Source of the DNA: Thermoanaerobaculia bacterium | Lineage (GTDB): Bacteria; Acidobacteriota; Thermoanaerobaculia; UBA5066 | Assembly: GCA_963719225.1 (NCBI GenBank) | Contig: CAVRAY010000001.1 | Span: 1,376,001 to 1,440,000 of the forward strand | DNA length: 64,000 nt | Direction: 5' to 3' | Shown here: piece by piece, positions 1 to 11,800 of the stretch | Position numbering within the stretch: position 1 is the stretch's first letter | Layout: the number at the start of each line of letters is the position of its first letter | Position numbers and translations under genes: made by a program | Notes under the pieces: generated by a model | Told to the model about the DNA's origin: nothing | The model's input: the letters and a program-made list of their open reading frames with translations, nothing else | Databases searched by the model: none

Positions 1-2
1 AC

Positions 3-725
3 CAGGGACAGTTCCCGTCCGTGACTCTCTCGTTCAACCTGGCGCCCGGACTCGCCCTTGGCGACGCGGTGAACGAGATCCACCGCGCCCAGCGCGAGAT
101 CGGCGTCCCTTCCGGAATCCGCTCGAACTTCCTGGGGACGGCGAAGGCGTTTCAGGAGTCGCTCCGCAACGAGCCGCTTCTCATTCTCGCGGCGATCGTG
201 ACGGTGTACATCGTCCTCGGCATCCTTTACGAGAGCCTGATCCACCCGGTCACGATTCTCTCGACGCTGCCGTCGGCAGGCGTGGGCGCGCTCCTGGCGC
301 TCCTGCTCACGGGCACGGACCTCAGCGTGATCGCGCTCATCGGGATCATCCTTCTCATCGGGATCGTGAAGAAGAACGCGATCCTGATGATCGACTTCGC
401 TCTGGAGGCCGAGCGCAAGGAGAACAAGAAGCCCGAGGAGGCGATCTTCCAGGCCTGCCTCCTGCGATTCCGGCCGATCACGATGACGACGATGGCGGCG
501 CTCCTCGGCGGCCTGCCGCTCGCTCTCGGTGCAGGCACGGGCTCGGAGCTGCGCCGCCCGCTCGGCATCGCGATCGTGGGCGGCCTGATCTTCAGCCAGA
601 TGCTGACGCTCTACACGACGCCCGTCGTCTATCTCTACCTCGACCGCATGCGCCTGCGCTGGGAGAAGACCCGGCGTCGCCGCGTCGCCGCTCGGGACCT
701 CTCTCATGAGCAACCGGCGACCTGA
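3..725 (+). CDS. mdtC: RND efflux permease (AcrB/MdtBC family), C-terminal part; the gene starts before the window
   Basis: The frame is open from the window edge ([16 protein letters not shown]). Family motifs [23 protein letters not shown] and [13 protein letters not shown]...[11 protein letters not shown] are present. It is followed by an outer-membrane factor. Confidence 0.85.
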   Translation, partial: QGQFPSVTLSFNLAPGLALGDAVNEIHRAQREIGVPSGIRSNFLGTAKAFQESLRNEPLLILAAIVTVYIVLGILYESLIHPVTILSTLPSAGVGALLALLLTGTDLSVIALIGIILLIGIVKKNAILMIDFALEAERKENKKPEEAIFQACLLRFRPITMTTMAALLGGLPLALGAGTGSELRRPLGIAIVGGLIFSQMLTLYTTPVVYLYLDRMRLRWEKTRRRRVAARDLSHEQPAT

Positions 726-2196
726 ACCGCTGCGCGGCGTCGTCGCCGCGGCTCTCGCTTCCACTCTCGCGCTGCTTTTGCCGGCGTGCGCCGTGGGCCC
801 GAATTACCGGACGCCGTCGGTGGCGGAGCCGGCCACGTTCAAGGAGGCGAGCGTCGAGCCTTCGGAGTGGAAGCCGGCGCAGCCGGGAGACGCGCTGCCC
901 AGGGACGGGTGGTGGAGGCTCTTCGGAGATCCCGGTCTCGATGCGCTCGAGGAGCAGGTCTCCCCGGCGAACCAGAGCGTCGCGCAGGCCGAGGCCCGCT
1001 ACCGTGCCGCGCGGGCGGCCGTGAGGCAGGCGCGCGCGGACTTCTTTCCGACCGTGACGGGCTCCGCTTCCGTGACGCGGTCGCGTTCGGGATCCGCGCG
1101 CTCTTCGTCCGCGACCCCGGCGAGCGGCACGACGGCGTCGTCTCCGGTCACGACGACGCTCTACGGCGTCTCGGCGGAGGCTTCGTGGGAGCTAGACGTC
1201 TGGGGGCGGGTGAGGCGCAGCGCCGAGTCGAGCGTCGCGAGCGCCGAGGCCACCGCGGCGGACCTCGAGAACGTCCGCCTTTCCATGCAGGCCGAGCTCG
1301 CGGTGGACTGGTTCCTGCTCCACGGGTTCGACGCTCAGAGGGAGCTGTTGGAGACGAACGTCGCGGCTCAGGAAAGGGCGCTCCACCTCACGCAGAACCG
1401 GCACGATCAGGGCGTCGTCTCCGGTGTGGACGTCGCGCAGGCCGAGACGCTCCTCGAAACGACGCGCGCGCAGGCGATCGACCTCGGCATCGCGCGCGCG
1501 CAGACCGAGCACGCGATCGCGGTCCTCGTCGGCAAGGCTCCGGCTGACCTGACGATCCCGCCCGCGAAGATCGGCGTCGTTCCGCCCGCCCTTCCCGTTC
1601 TCCTGCCGTCCGAGCTCCTCGAGCGCCGTCCCGACGTGGCGGCCGCCGAGAGGCGCACGGCCGCCGCGAACGCCCTCATCGGGGTCGCCGTCGCCGCCTA
1701 CTTCCCGAAGCTCTCTCTCGACGCCTCGGCGGGTTTCCTCAGCGACACGCTCTCGAAGCTTTTCTCGGCCCCGGCGTTCGTCTGGTCCGTCGGGCCGTCC
1801 GCGCTCGCGACGCTGTTCGACGCGGGGCGCCGCCGCGCCGTCACCCGGTAGCGGCGGGCGGAGTACGACGAGGCGGTCGCCGCCTACCGTCAGACCGTGC
1901 TCACGGCGTTCCAGGAAGTCGAGGACCAGCTCGTCGCGATTCGCCTCCTCGCGCGCGAGGAAGCGCAGCAGGCCCGTGCCGTCGCGGCGGCCGAGCGCTC
2001 CCTCGAGCTCGCCGAGAGCCGCTACCAGGGGGGCATCACGACGTACCTCGAGGTCGTCACGGCGCAGAGCGTCGCCCTCTCGAACGAGCGCACGGCCGTC
2101 GACCTCCTCACGCGCCGTATGACCGCGAGCGTGAGTCTCGTCAGGGCTCTGGGAGGCGGCTTCGACGGGTTGCGAGGGTCCACTTCCGCCCGCTGA
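706..2196 (+). pseudogene. Efflux outer-membrane lipoprotein (NodT/OprM family) interrupted by one in-frame TAG at 1849-1851 (real or sequencing error)
   Basis: Lipobox-like LLPAC followed by AVGPNY; family motifs WWRLFGDPGL, SWELDVWGRVRR and PSELLERRPDV. The same frame continues after the TAG as RRAEYDEAVAAYRQTVLTAFQEVED...LVRALGGG to the stop at 2196. Confidence 0.85.
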
Positions 2197-2205
2197 CCGC
2201 CGGCG

Positions 2206-2737
2206 TCAACGGATCGACTCGAGAAGGCGCTTCGCTTCCTCGCTCGAGGGATCGCGCTTGAGCGCCTTCTCCACCGCCTTGCGCGCGGCGGCGGGTCGGC
2301 CCCGCATCAGCTCGGCGCGCGCGATCGCGAGCCACGGCTCGACGAGCGTCGAGTCGGCCGCGGCGGCCTTCCGATAGTTCGCGATCGCCTGCCCGACCCT
2401 TCCACCCGCGATCTCGAGGTTTCCGCGCACGAGCAAGGCATACGGGGATGCCCGCCGGGCTTCTCGGCGCCCTGAAAGAAGTCGGCGCCTGGCGGAGGCG
2501 CTCGAGGCGTTCGCTCTCGGTTCCGGCGCCGGCCAGACCGCGTGCGGCGAGCGCCATCGCGCGTGTCAAAGCCATGGGGTTCGGGGCCTGGGCGGAACTG
2601 ACGCCCCGGCGCGCGAGTCGCGCGTTCCAACGCTCGGTGGAGACCGCGTAGCCCGGGGGCGGTTCGAACGTCACGCACCCGAACAGCGCGGCGAGCGCCA
2701 CGAGCCCCGGAAACGCGAGCTTCGCCGTCGACCTCAT
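2206..2737 (-). pseudogene. TPR-containing lipoprotein, frameshifted and probably internally deleted
   Basis: The N-terminal lipobox (ALFGC) is in one frame and the C-terminal TPR-like helices (AIANYRKAAAADSTLVEPWLAIARAELMRG...ALKRDP) are in another. The frame changes near 2440-2490. Confidence 0.55.
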
Positions 2738-2805
2738 GAAAGAGCTACGGTGCCACGGTTCTCGGAGTTGCGCGTCGAGGCCGGGTTCTTGCTTCAGACT
2801 GAGGC

Positions 2806-4407
2806 GTGGGGAAGAGTCTTCGAAGCGCGGCGAGGGCGTTCAGCCTGGGCCTCCTGATCGCGCTTCGCCTCGGCGCCGAGGAGACGGAGAGCCCCTCTCT
2901 CCGCGTCGGCAAGATCACGATCCGGACCGTACCCGTGTTCTCTCGCGAAGAGGCGACGTCCGGCCTCTATCGCACGATGAACCGGGCGCACGTCACGACG
3001 CGCCCGTCCGTGATCCGGAAGTTCCTGCTCTTCAAGGAAGGGGAACCTTACGACTCCGGAAAGCTGAAGGAGACCGAGAAGAACCTCAGAGAGCTCGGCT
3101 TTCTCAAGTCCGCATCCGTGACCTCCGGCCCGCCGCACGGAGGCCTCGTCGACGTCCTCGTGGTCACACAGGATTCCTGGTCGCTTCTTCCCGGCATCCC
3201 GATCGCGAGCGCCGGAGGGCAGACGACGTACGGCTTCCAGCTCCTCGAGAGGAACCTCCTGGGGACCGGGCGCGAGCTTTCGCTGAGCTACAACAAGGAG
3301 ATCGAGCGCATCACGCGCATCGTAGAGTACGTCGACCCGTACCTCTTCGGCTCTTACTGGAGCGGGCGCTTCTCGCAGGCCTGGAACTCCGACGGCGAGA
3401 GGACGCGCGCGGAGGTGAGCCACCCGTTCTCCTCCCTGTCGAGTCCCGTGTCTCACGACTTCCGCCTGGATGTCTTCGGCCAGACGACGCGCACGTATGC
3501 GGCGGGCGAAGTCGACGCCGCGTACCACCAGGATCACCGCGGCGGGGGCCTGGAAGCGGGCTGGGCGGTCTCCACGTCGCGGACGCGCGCCCATCGTCTC
3601 ACCGCCGGAATGGAAGTCCTCGAGGACCGGTTCGAAGCGCTCCCCGAGAGGCCGGGAGATCTCCTTCCCGATCCGCGAACGTTCCGCACCGTCTTCGTCG
3701 GCTACGAGCTCGCCGAGAGCGACCTGATGAAGCTGAGCTACGTGAACCGCGACCTCCGGGTGGAGGACTTCAACCTGGGGTGGGCGCTCGACGCGCGGTT
3801 CGGCGTCGCCCCCGAATTCCTGGGCTCGGCGGGAAACACCGTCTTCGTGCGGCTCAAGGCCGGAAAAGGCGCTCGGCTCGGGGGACAAGGGTTCGTCCTG
3901 GCCTCTGTGTCCTACGAGACGCGGCTGAGAGGCGGCCCGGGAAACCAGATCGTCTCGGCCTCCCTCGACGTCGTCGAAAAGCTCCGCACGCGTCATCTCC
4001 AGACGCTCGTCGCGAAGCTCCGCTACGACCAGGGCTGGAACCTCGACCGGGACGTCCAGTTCATCGCGGACGGGCTCGTGGGACTTCGCGGCTACCGGCT
4101 CTTCTCGTTCGTCGGCGACAAACGGATGATCCTGAATCTCGAGCACCGTCTCTTCCGCGGCAAGGAAATGCTGCATCTCTTCTCACCGGGCGTCGTGTTT
4201 TTCGTGGACACCGGCGCCGCGGTGCCCGAGGGCACGCCCCTTCGACCGTCGGAGTTCAAGACCGACCTCGGAATGGGCCTCAGGATGTCGATCAGCCGCG
4301 CCCCCACGAGCAACGTCTACAGGATCGACTTCGCGTACGCGCTGAACCGGGACCCGAAAGGACGCCGGGGCCTGATCGTTTCTTTTTCGGCGTCGCAGGG
4401 TTTCTAG
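2806..4407 (+). CDS. Omp85 (BamA/TamA-like) outer-membrane protein with POTRA domain
   Basis: Signal peptide; POTRA-like TRPSVIRKFLLFKEGEPYDSGKLKETEKNLRELGF; ERNLLGTG; loop motif LRGY; barrel-type C-terminus ending in F. Confidence 0.8.
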   Translation: MGKSLRSAARAFSLGLLIALRLGAEETESPSLRVGKITIRTVPVFSREEATSGLYRTMNRAHVTTRPSVIRKFLLFKEGEPYDSGKLKETEKNLRELGFLKSASVTSGPPHGGLVDVLVVTQDSWSLLPGIPIASAGGQTTYGFQLLERNLLGTGRELSLSYNKEIERITRIVEYVDPYLFGSYWSGRFSQAWNSDGERTRAEVSHPFSSLSSPVSHDFRLDVFGQTTRTYAAGEVDAAYHQDHRGGGLEAGWAVSTSRTRAHRLTAGMEVLEDRFEALPERPGDLLPDPRTFRTVFVGYELAESDLMKLSYVNRDLRVEDFNLGWALDARFGVAPEFLGSAGNTVFVRLKAGKGARLGGQGFVLASVSYETRLRGGPGNQIVSASLDVVEKLRTRHLQTLVAKLRYDQGWNLDRDVQFIADGLVGLRGYRLFSFVGDKRMILNLEHRLFRGKEMLHLFSPGVVFFVDTGAAVPEGTPLRPSEFKTDLGMGLRMSISRAPTSNVYRIDFAYALNRDPKGRRGLIVSFSASQGF

Positions 4408-4457
4408 CGTTTCTGGCACGAGGCTTGTAACAAAAGGGCGAGAGGGAGGTGAAAAAA

Positions 4458-5711
4458 ATGCGATTGAAAAATCGTGTCTTTTTCCTCGTGCTCGTTCTCG
4501 CGCTCGCCGCCGGGCTCTTCGTGCCCGCGCAAGCGGCGCGCGCGAGCGTGAGCGTCACGTTCTTCTACGACTCGCTCTCCCCATACGGAGACTGGATCAC
4601 GGTCTCGACTTACGGCCGCTGCTGGCGCCCCGCGCACGTCGCCGTGGGCTGGCAGCCTTACCTCGACGGAGAGTGGATCTACACGGACGCCGGATGGACC
4701 TGGGTGTCGTTCGATCCGTGGGGCGGCGACCCCTACCACTACGGAACCTGGGTCTTCACCGCCCGGTACGGCTGGATCTGGATTCCCGGGACCATCTGGG
4801 CGCCCGCGTGGGTGACGTGGTGCATCACGGACGACGCCTTCGGATGGGCTCCCGTGCCGCCGAGCTTCGCCGTCGGGATCTCGGGTTACGTCGGGCCGGC
4901 GCTGACGGTCTCACGGAGGGCGTACGTCTTCGTGCCGGCACGCCAATTCGCGGGCGTCAACGTGAGCTCGGTGCGCGTGCCCATCACCCAGAATGCGACT
5001 CTCGTCTCGCGTTCGCGTCCGCTGACGCGGTTCGCCGTCCAGGGCGGCGTACTTTCCGCCGGCGGCCCGGCGCTGCCCCAGGTGGAACGTGTCACTGGAA
5101 GGCGGATCGAGCGCGTGAACATCGCCCAGGCGAAAACCGAGCCGGTCCCGATCCGGACTTCCCTTCAGGGAAGGCGAGGTCGGGCTCCGGTCGTTGTCCC
5201 GGCAGTCGAACGGGCGAAGGCGATCACGGCCCACGAGAGGCGCGGCCCGCAGCAGGTATCGCGGTCGAAGACGGACGCCGTGACGACGGAGCGGGCGGTT
5301 CGCACTCTACCGCCACCCGCAAAGCGCGAGAAACATGAGAGAGCCACGGTCAACCAGTCGCCACCCCCGCCTCCCATGCGCGAGAAGCACGAGAAGCACG
5401 AGAAGGCCACCGTTCATCAGCCGCCACCTCCGCCGCCCCCCGCGGCCTCGAACGAGAAGCGCGAGCGCGTGATTCGCTCGCAGCCGGCTCAACCTCATTC
5501 CCCGCCGCCGCCGGTGCACGAGCGCCACGAAAGGGCAGTCACGCAGGCGCAGGTGAAACCCGAAAGGAACATCGGAAAGCGGCCGCAGGGGCCTCCTCCT
5601 GCTCAAGTCGAAAAACAACCCAACGTCCAGCCCAAGCCGCAAGGAGCTCCGCCCGCGCACGCGAACCCGCCGGGGAAGGAGAAGGAAAAGGAGCACGGCA
5701 AGGACCGCTGA
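4458..5711 (+). CDS. Secreted Trp/Gly-rich protein (DUF6600-like) with Pro/Lys-rich low-complexity tail
   Basis: GGAGG upstream of ATG 4458; signal peptide; FYDSLSPYGDW, WQPYLDGEW, PYHYGTW, WIWIPG..WAPAWV, GWAP; poly-Pro tail. Confidence 0.75.
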   Translation: MRLKNRVFFLVLVLALAAGLFVPAQAARASVSVTFFYDSLSPYGDWITVSTYGRCWRPAHVAVGWQPYLDGEWIYTDAGWTWVSFDPWGGDPYHYGTWVFTARYGWIWIPGTIWAPAWVTWCITDDAFGWAPVPPSFAVGISGYVGPALTVSRRAYVFVPARQFAGVNVSSVRVPITQNATLVSRSRPLTRFAVQGGVLSAGGPALPQVERVTGRRIERVNIAQAKTEPVPIRTSLQGRRGRAPVVVPAVERAKAITAHERRGPQQVSRSKTDAVTTERAVRTLPPPAKREKHERATVNQSPPPPPMREKHEKHEKATVHQPPPPPPPAASNEKRERVIRSQPAQPHSPPPPVHERHERAVTQAQVKPERNIGKRPQGPPPAQVEKQPNVQPKPQGAPPAHANPPGKEKEKEHGKDR

Positions 5712-5745
5712 TCCCGGCGTTTGATCCCCTTCCGTGGGCGTGATA

Positions 5746-5770
5746 TGAACCCGGGCTAGTCTCGGGTTCA
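5746..5770. promoter_or_regulatory. Inverted repeat upstream of the giant operon (operator or hairpin)
   Basis: TGAACCCGGG-CTAGT-CTCGGGTTCA forms a 10-bp stem with one G-T pair and has no clear U-tract. Confidence 0.35.
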
Positions 5771-5899
5771 AAGTCTGTTCTTCGTGTGGGACGAGGTCAA
5801 TCGATGGGTTCGCCCTCCGGCAGGGCTCCCGTGATTCGCCCCGCTTCGGCGGGTCGTGATGCCGTGCGCCTGCGCTGCCAAAGGGCAAGAACTCCCGAG

Positions 5900-8800
5900 T
5901 TGAGAACTGTTCGCACAATCGCCGTCCTTGCCTCCTTGTGCGTTCTCGCGTCATTCGACGCCGTCGCCCAGCCGGGCGGTCCTTTCGGCACGGCCCAACT
6001 CCAGATCTCGGGCGCCCGGCTCACGATCTACACCGACTCGCTGACGAACGACGCCGACCAGACGCTGAACGTCGGCGAGCCGGGTCGCGTGAGAACGTGT
6101 TATGGCGCGGGAGCCGCTTGCGGTTCCACGACCGCCGGCGCGGTTCCCGGGCTCAAGGTCGTCGGCGAGCTGAGCGGTCCCGAGCTTCCGCAGGCCGTGA
6201 CTTACGAGATTGCGCCGGGCGGAACCTTCTTCCTGCCGGGCTTTCAGCGCGAGGGTGATTACCTTCTCGAGAACATCCGCCTCGTCGAGATGGCGACGGA
6301 TCGCGTCCTGGCGAACGCGGAGCCGTCGCTCGCGACGCTTCACGTCCGCCAGATCCTGCTCGCGTCGGCCACCGTCACGCGGCTCACGCTCGCGGAGCTT
6401 CAGGCGCGTGGCATCGCGCTGACTCAGCAGAATTTCCAGGCCTTCAGCTTCTCGGTCGGTTTTCTCTTCGCCGGCCAGCTCGTGAACATCGAGCTGCCCG
6501 TTCTCTTCCAGACCGACGGGAAGATCCTGCCGCTCGACAAGCAGAAGGTGAAGCTGGACGACCTTCCCGACAGCGTGAGGCACGAAGTGCGCCGCTGGGA
6601 GCCTCCGCAGATCGTCCCGTTCTCGCTGAACCTGCCCCCGAAGGACGCCAAAGATCCCCCGGACGTGGAGCCCGAGGTCCTCAGCGTGCCTCTGTATGGC
6701 GCCATCGTCATTCCCGGCAACGTCTCCTTCCTGAATCAGTTCTTCGACGCGCGCCTCATCGTGGCGAACGGCGCGCCGAACGGGTCGAACGCGACCCTTC
6801 AGAACGTGACGGGTGCGCTGAGGCTGCCCACGGACGGCTCCTTGCGGATCGCCGCGACGACGCCGCCCGTGTCGGTCGGACAGAAGCTTCCGCTCACGAA
6901 GGCGAACGGCAGCGGCGTCGTCGGTCCCGGCGAGCAGGGGACGGCGGGCTGGACCGTGGAGGGGCTCGTCGCCGGGACGCAGACGCTCCGGATGGAGATC
7001 GCCGCGGACCTCGTGAGGCCGGGGCACCTGACCCTGCCGCTCGTGGGCTCCGTGCAGGCCGCCGTGGAAGTGGTCGACGCGCGCTTCAACCTCACGTTCA
7101 ACCACCCGGACGTCGTGCGCGAGGGGGAGGCATACAGCCTTTACGTCACGGTCACGAATCTCTCCCGCGCGGCGCAGAACCTCGTGACCGTCGAGCTCCT
7201 CTCCCAGAACATCACGGGCGCGCACCAGGCCGATCCGACCGATCCGTTCCGGCAGACGATCGCGACGCTCGATCCGGGCGCCTCCGAGACGCTGGAGTTC
7301 CGCCTCGTTTCCGATACGACGGGCAAGTGTGTCGCGACGACGTTCCAGTCGAGCTCGCCGGGCCTTTCGGGCACCATTCACCTGCGCACGGGCGTGGGCG
7401 AGCTGGGCATTCCGCTCTCTCCGGCCTCGCTCGTTCTCCCTCGCTTTTCCGAGCTCCTTCCGCGCGCGCTCCTCACGGCGGACGTGCGCCTGCTCGGGCT
7501 CGCCTACAGCCTCGCGGTTGCGCCCGCGGGGGCCGCGCCTCCAGGGCTGCCGCACGTCGTCAAGAGCGACGTCGTGCGCCGTGCGGTGGATCTGGGCGAA
7601 GCGGGCCAGCGGCTCTACCTCCAGGAGCGCCTCCTCGAATCGCTCGAGGTGCTGGCCCTCGACCAGATGGGGAATCGCGACGATCTCGCCGACTACGACA
7701 CGCTACGGCGCTCGCTCGCAAAAGGAGCCGCCGCCGCGACTGCGCTGTCCGACCTTTTCCGGCAGGAGCAGCAGAACCGGAATCTGGCCGCGGCGGACTT
7801 CGTCGACCACTTCGCCTCCACGACGGACTACGGGCGGCCGTATCTCGCGGCGGGGCTCGTGCCGAACGGCACGCAGCCTTTGCCCGTCCTCGAGGTGCGC
7901 CAGGTCGGGGCCTCCGGCACGAGCTTTCTCGCGCGCACGAGCGACGACGCCACGCGACTGCGGACGGTTCCGTACGGGGAGGTCTATGCGCTCGCCGACG
8001 TCCCGGGCGGTACGACGAGAGCTCCGTTCGCGCTCGTGGGGCGGCTCGATTCCGCGACGTCCTACCGGGTCGACCTCCATGCGCCCGCGACGGGCGCCTC
8101 GGGCCGGTTGATCCTCGTCGTTCCGACGGACGATCTCGCGGGCTTCCGCAAGGTGGACTTCGGCTTCGTCACGATGGGCGCGAACGAGGTCTGGGAGGTG
8201 CGCGCGGTCGGGGCGGCGGGGGACACGCCGCTCTCGTTCGGTCTCTACTTTCCGACGAGCGGAATACCCGTGCCGGGCGTTTCGGCGCCGGCGATCACGG
8301 TACTCCAGCTTCCGCCGTTCCGCGTCATCGGCGCCGTCGAGGACTTCACGCTCGACCGGTATGGCCTCGGCCTGTCGTATCTCTTCAACCGTCCGCCGGA
8401 CAAGGCCGCGGCCGAAACGGCGTCGAGCTACACGATCCGTTCGACGTTCCACGGACAGGACACCTCCTCGCCGCCACTCACGTTCGACAAGGTCGTGACG
8501 AAATCCGGCGGCGCCGCGTTCTGGCAGCCCAACAGCGAGCGCGTCGTGGACGTGCGCTATCAAAGTCCGATCAGCGCGTTGAACGGGCTCGTGGACGGGA
8601 TTCCCGTCATCCGGCACGAGCACCTGCTCGCCACGAATGCGATCCGCGACACGCACGGCACGCCTCTCGAGCCCCAGGTGCCGGCCGCGCTCATCGAACC
8701 GAACCACACGGGCGGACTCGTGGACGGCAGGGTCCTGCTCGGCACGGGAGAGCCGGCGGCCGGGGCGATCGTTCAGCTCATCCGCTATCACAGCGTCGGG

Positions 8801-11800
8801 ACCGAGCCCGGCGGGAGCCCGCTCATCGTGCCGGATCTCGTCGCCGAGACCACGACCTCGAGCGACGGAGCCTTCTATTTCGACTTCATCGAGGAGCCGC
8901 CGCAGAACGCGGTCCTCAGCGGCTTCCATATCAGGGCCACCGTGCCGCCCGGGAGCGACCCGACCCAGCAGCCGGGCGGCTCCGAAGAGGTCTCCTCCAC
9001 CATTCGGCTGCAGAACCGGCTCGTCCACGTGAACATCGCCCTCCTCGGGCGCGGCACGGTCAAGGGGACGCTCGTCTATGCCGACAACGGCGCGCCGGTT
9101 CCGAACGGCCACGTTGCGGCGGCGAGCACCCTCTTCAGCGAAGTGAAGGACGTGGTGGTCGCTTCGGACGGCTCGTTCACGATCAGCGCCCTTCCCGTCG
9201 GACCGATCACGCTGACCGGAAGCGACGCCTCGGGCAATCGCGTCTACCAGACGGTCGCGCTCCAGCAGCCGGGACAGACGGTGAACGTCGCCCTGCGGAT
9301 CCCGCGGACGACTCCCCCGAAGACCGGGACGGTGATCGGGCGCGTGCTCAGGCAGCGAAGCGGGACTCCGCTCCCTCTCCCGGACCCGTCGCCCGGAGCG
9401 CAGGTGGCGGTGTACTCGAACGGCGCCTTCATCGGGCAGGCCGTCTCGGACGCTTCGGGCAGCTTCCGTTTCGAAAAAGTTCCGGAAGGGCAGGTCCAGG
9501 TGCAGGCCGCCGACTTTTCGATCTCGCGGACGCGCGCGATCGGCGGCGCGGTCCTTCCCGCGGACGGCACCGTCTCGATCACCCTCACCCTTTCCGATGC
9601 GGCTCCTCGCGTCGTGACAGGCCGTGTTCTCTTCCACGAGTCGGCGACCAACACGGACGTGCCTGTCCAGGGAGCGGTCGCCTTCATCGTCGGTCCCGGC
9701 GTCTTTGCCTACACGGACGCGAGCGGCACGTACCGCATCGAGGCCGTTCCGGTGCAGGGAGCTTTCGACCCGCCCTACGGGGTGACGGCCATCGACTTCA
9801 CGCGCCAGCTTCAGGGGATCGCGAATCTGCCTCCGATCCTCGACGTGGGAGACGGGTCGCCGATCCGCGCCCCCGACATCGTCCTGAGAGCCATGACGGG
9901 AGGGGTCGACGGCGTCGTGCTCGATCCTCTCGGGCATCCGATCGGGGGAATCAGCGTTCAGATCCCGTTCGGGCCCTCCACGACGACCCGGTCCGACGGG
10001 CATTTTTCCTTCGATGACGTCGGCGTCGGGGGTGTTTCGCTCGTGGCGCACGCGGGCAACGGGCTTTCCCCGGGCAAAGTCGGGTTCTTCGGGACGGGCT
10101 TCGCCGCCATCGTCTTCGGCGGGCACCGCCCGTTCGCGACGATCCGGCTCCAGGGCTCGGGCGTCGTGAACATCCACACGCGGACGGCGACGTCGACCGG
10201 TGTGCTCAGCCCGATCCACTACAAGCCGACCATCTACCGTGACGACACGTACTCCATCGAGGGGAAGCCGGACCCGCCCATCGAGACGACCACGGACCAG
10301 GACGGCCGGCTGCAGCTCATCGTGCCGCTCGGCTCGACGGCCGTCACCGCGTTCTCGGGATTCGGGAGCAAGTCGGTCACCGCCACCCTCAGGTATCCGG
10401 GTGAGGTCGTCAATCTCGAGATCGTCTTCGACTCGTTGTCCACGGTCACCGGCCACGTCGTCGGCGTGGACGGCGTGACGCCCGTTCCGGACGTAGATGT
10501 TTTCCTCACGGCGACGGGCCTCCTGCCGCAAAGGCAGCGCGCCGACGGGCAGGGAGGCTTTCGATACGAGCTCGTACCCTCGGGCTCCGTGTCGGTCACG
10601 ACGGAGGCGCTCGTGGGCTCGGTCGATCGGGTGGGCCGTGCCGACGGCCGCCTCACCTCCGGGCAGACGATCGACCTGACGGTCGTCCTGCGCGCGCAAG
10701 GCACCGTCAAAGGGCGCGTTTTCCAGCTGGTCGGAAGCACCCTCGTGCCCATTCCGTTCGCGCGGTACACCATCAGCGAGAGCGCGTATCCGAATCGGCG
10801 CCTTCCCGGAGGTGTCGCCACGTACGCGACGGACGCGAACGGCGCATACGAGGTGTCACACCTTTTCGCGGGGCCGATCACCGTCGTGGCGGCCGATCCG
10901 GGCCAGGTGACGCGTCAGGGCCGCGCGACGGCGGAGATCACATCGGATTTCCAGGTTCTTCAGATGCCGGACATCGTCCTCGCGACGTCCGTCGGCTCCC
11001 TGAGCGTTCTCGTGCGCGATCCCGAAACCGGGAGTCCCGTGCCCGACTGCCAGATCACCCTCTCGAACGGCGACGTGACCGTGTCCGACGCGCAGGGCCA
11101 GGCCTCGTTCGACGCCCTGCCGCTCGGAACGTACTCCGTCTACGCCTTCCACGCTCCCACGGGGCAGGGAGGCGTCGTGAACGGCCTGCGGCTCCTGAAC
11201 CCCGGCGACCACGTGGACGGCACGATCATCCTCGACACCCGCGGCCAGATCTCGGGCACGCTCTGGGACGACCCGCCGAAGAGCCGGGGCGTCGGGAACG
11301 GTACCGTTCAGCTGACGGGCCGCGTGAACGGACGGCTCTGGGGCACGTCGTTGACGGCGCTCGCGTCCACGTCGTCCGATGCCGCCACACTCGGACGATT
11401 CCTCTTCGACGGCATCCCCGTGGGCAGCTTCACCCTCGTCGCCGCCGTGTCCGATTCCGCCCGCCGCGCCTCCACGTCCCTGGACCTGACGACGACCGCG
11501 CCGGTGGCCGCCGTGGACCTCGTCCTCGAGCAGCTCGAGGACCGCTACGTGCGCATCTTCCAGAATCTCACGGCGGCGCCGCATCTCTTCGAGATCGACC
11601 CGTCCGGCGGCGTTTTCAACGTCGAGCTCACGCAGCCGCCGGGAACCTGCAATCCGAACTGCACGTACGACTTCCTCCTGAGCGTTCCGACGTCGCCCTA
11701 TCCGAATCACCTCTTCAAGTTCCCGGCCGTCTACGCATCCCGCCCGCTTCTCGTCGACGTGCGCGAGGCGAGCGGCGAGCAGCGCAGGGGATCCATTTCG

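Noticed and set aside
1849-1851. Amber recoding or an alternative genetic code
   Set aside because: TAG acts as a normal stop at 4407, 56284 and 61527, and the 18-19 kb ORFs contain no in-frame TAG.
5786-5899. ORF-track start of the 6147-aa protein
   Set aside because: The signal peptide begins at TTG 5900 and the upstream extension looks non-coding. The exact start remains unproven.
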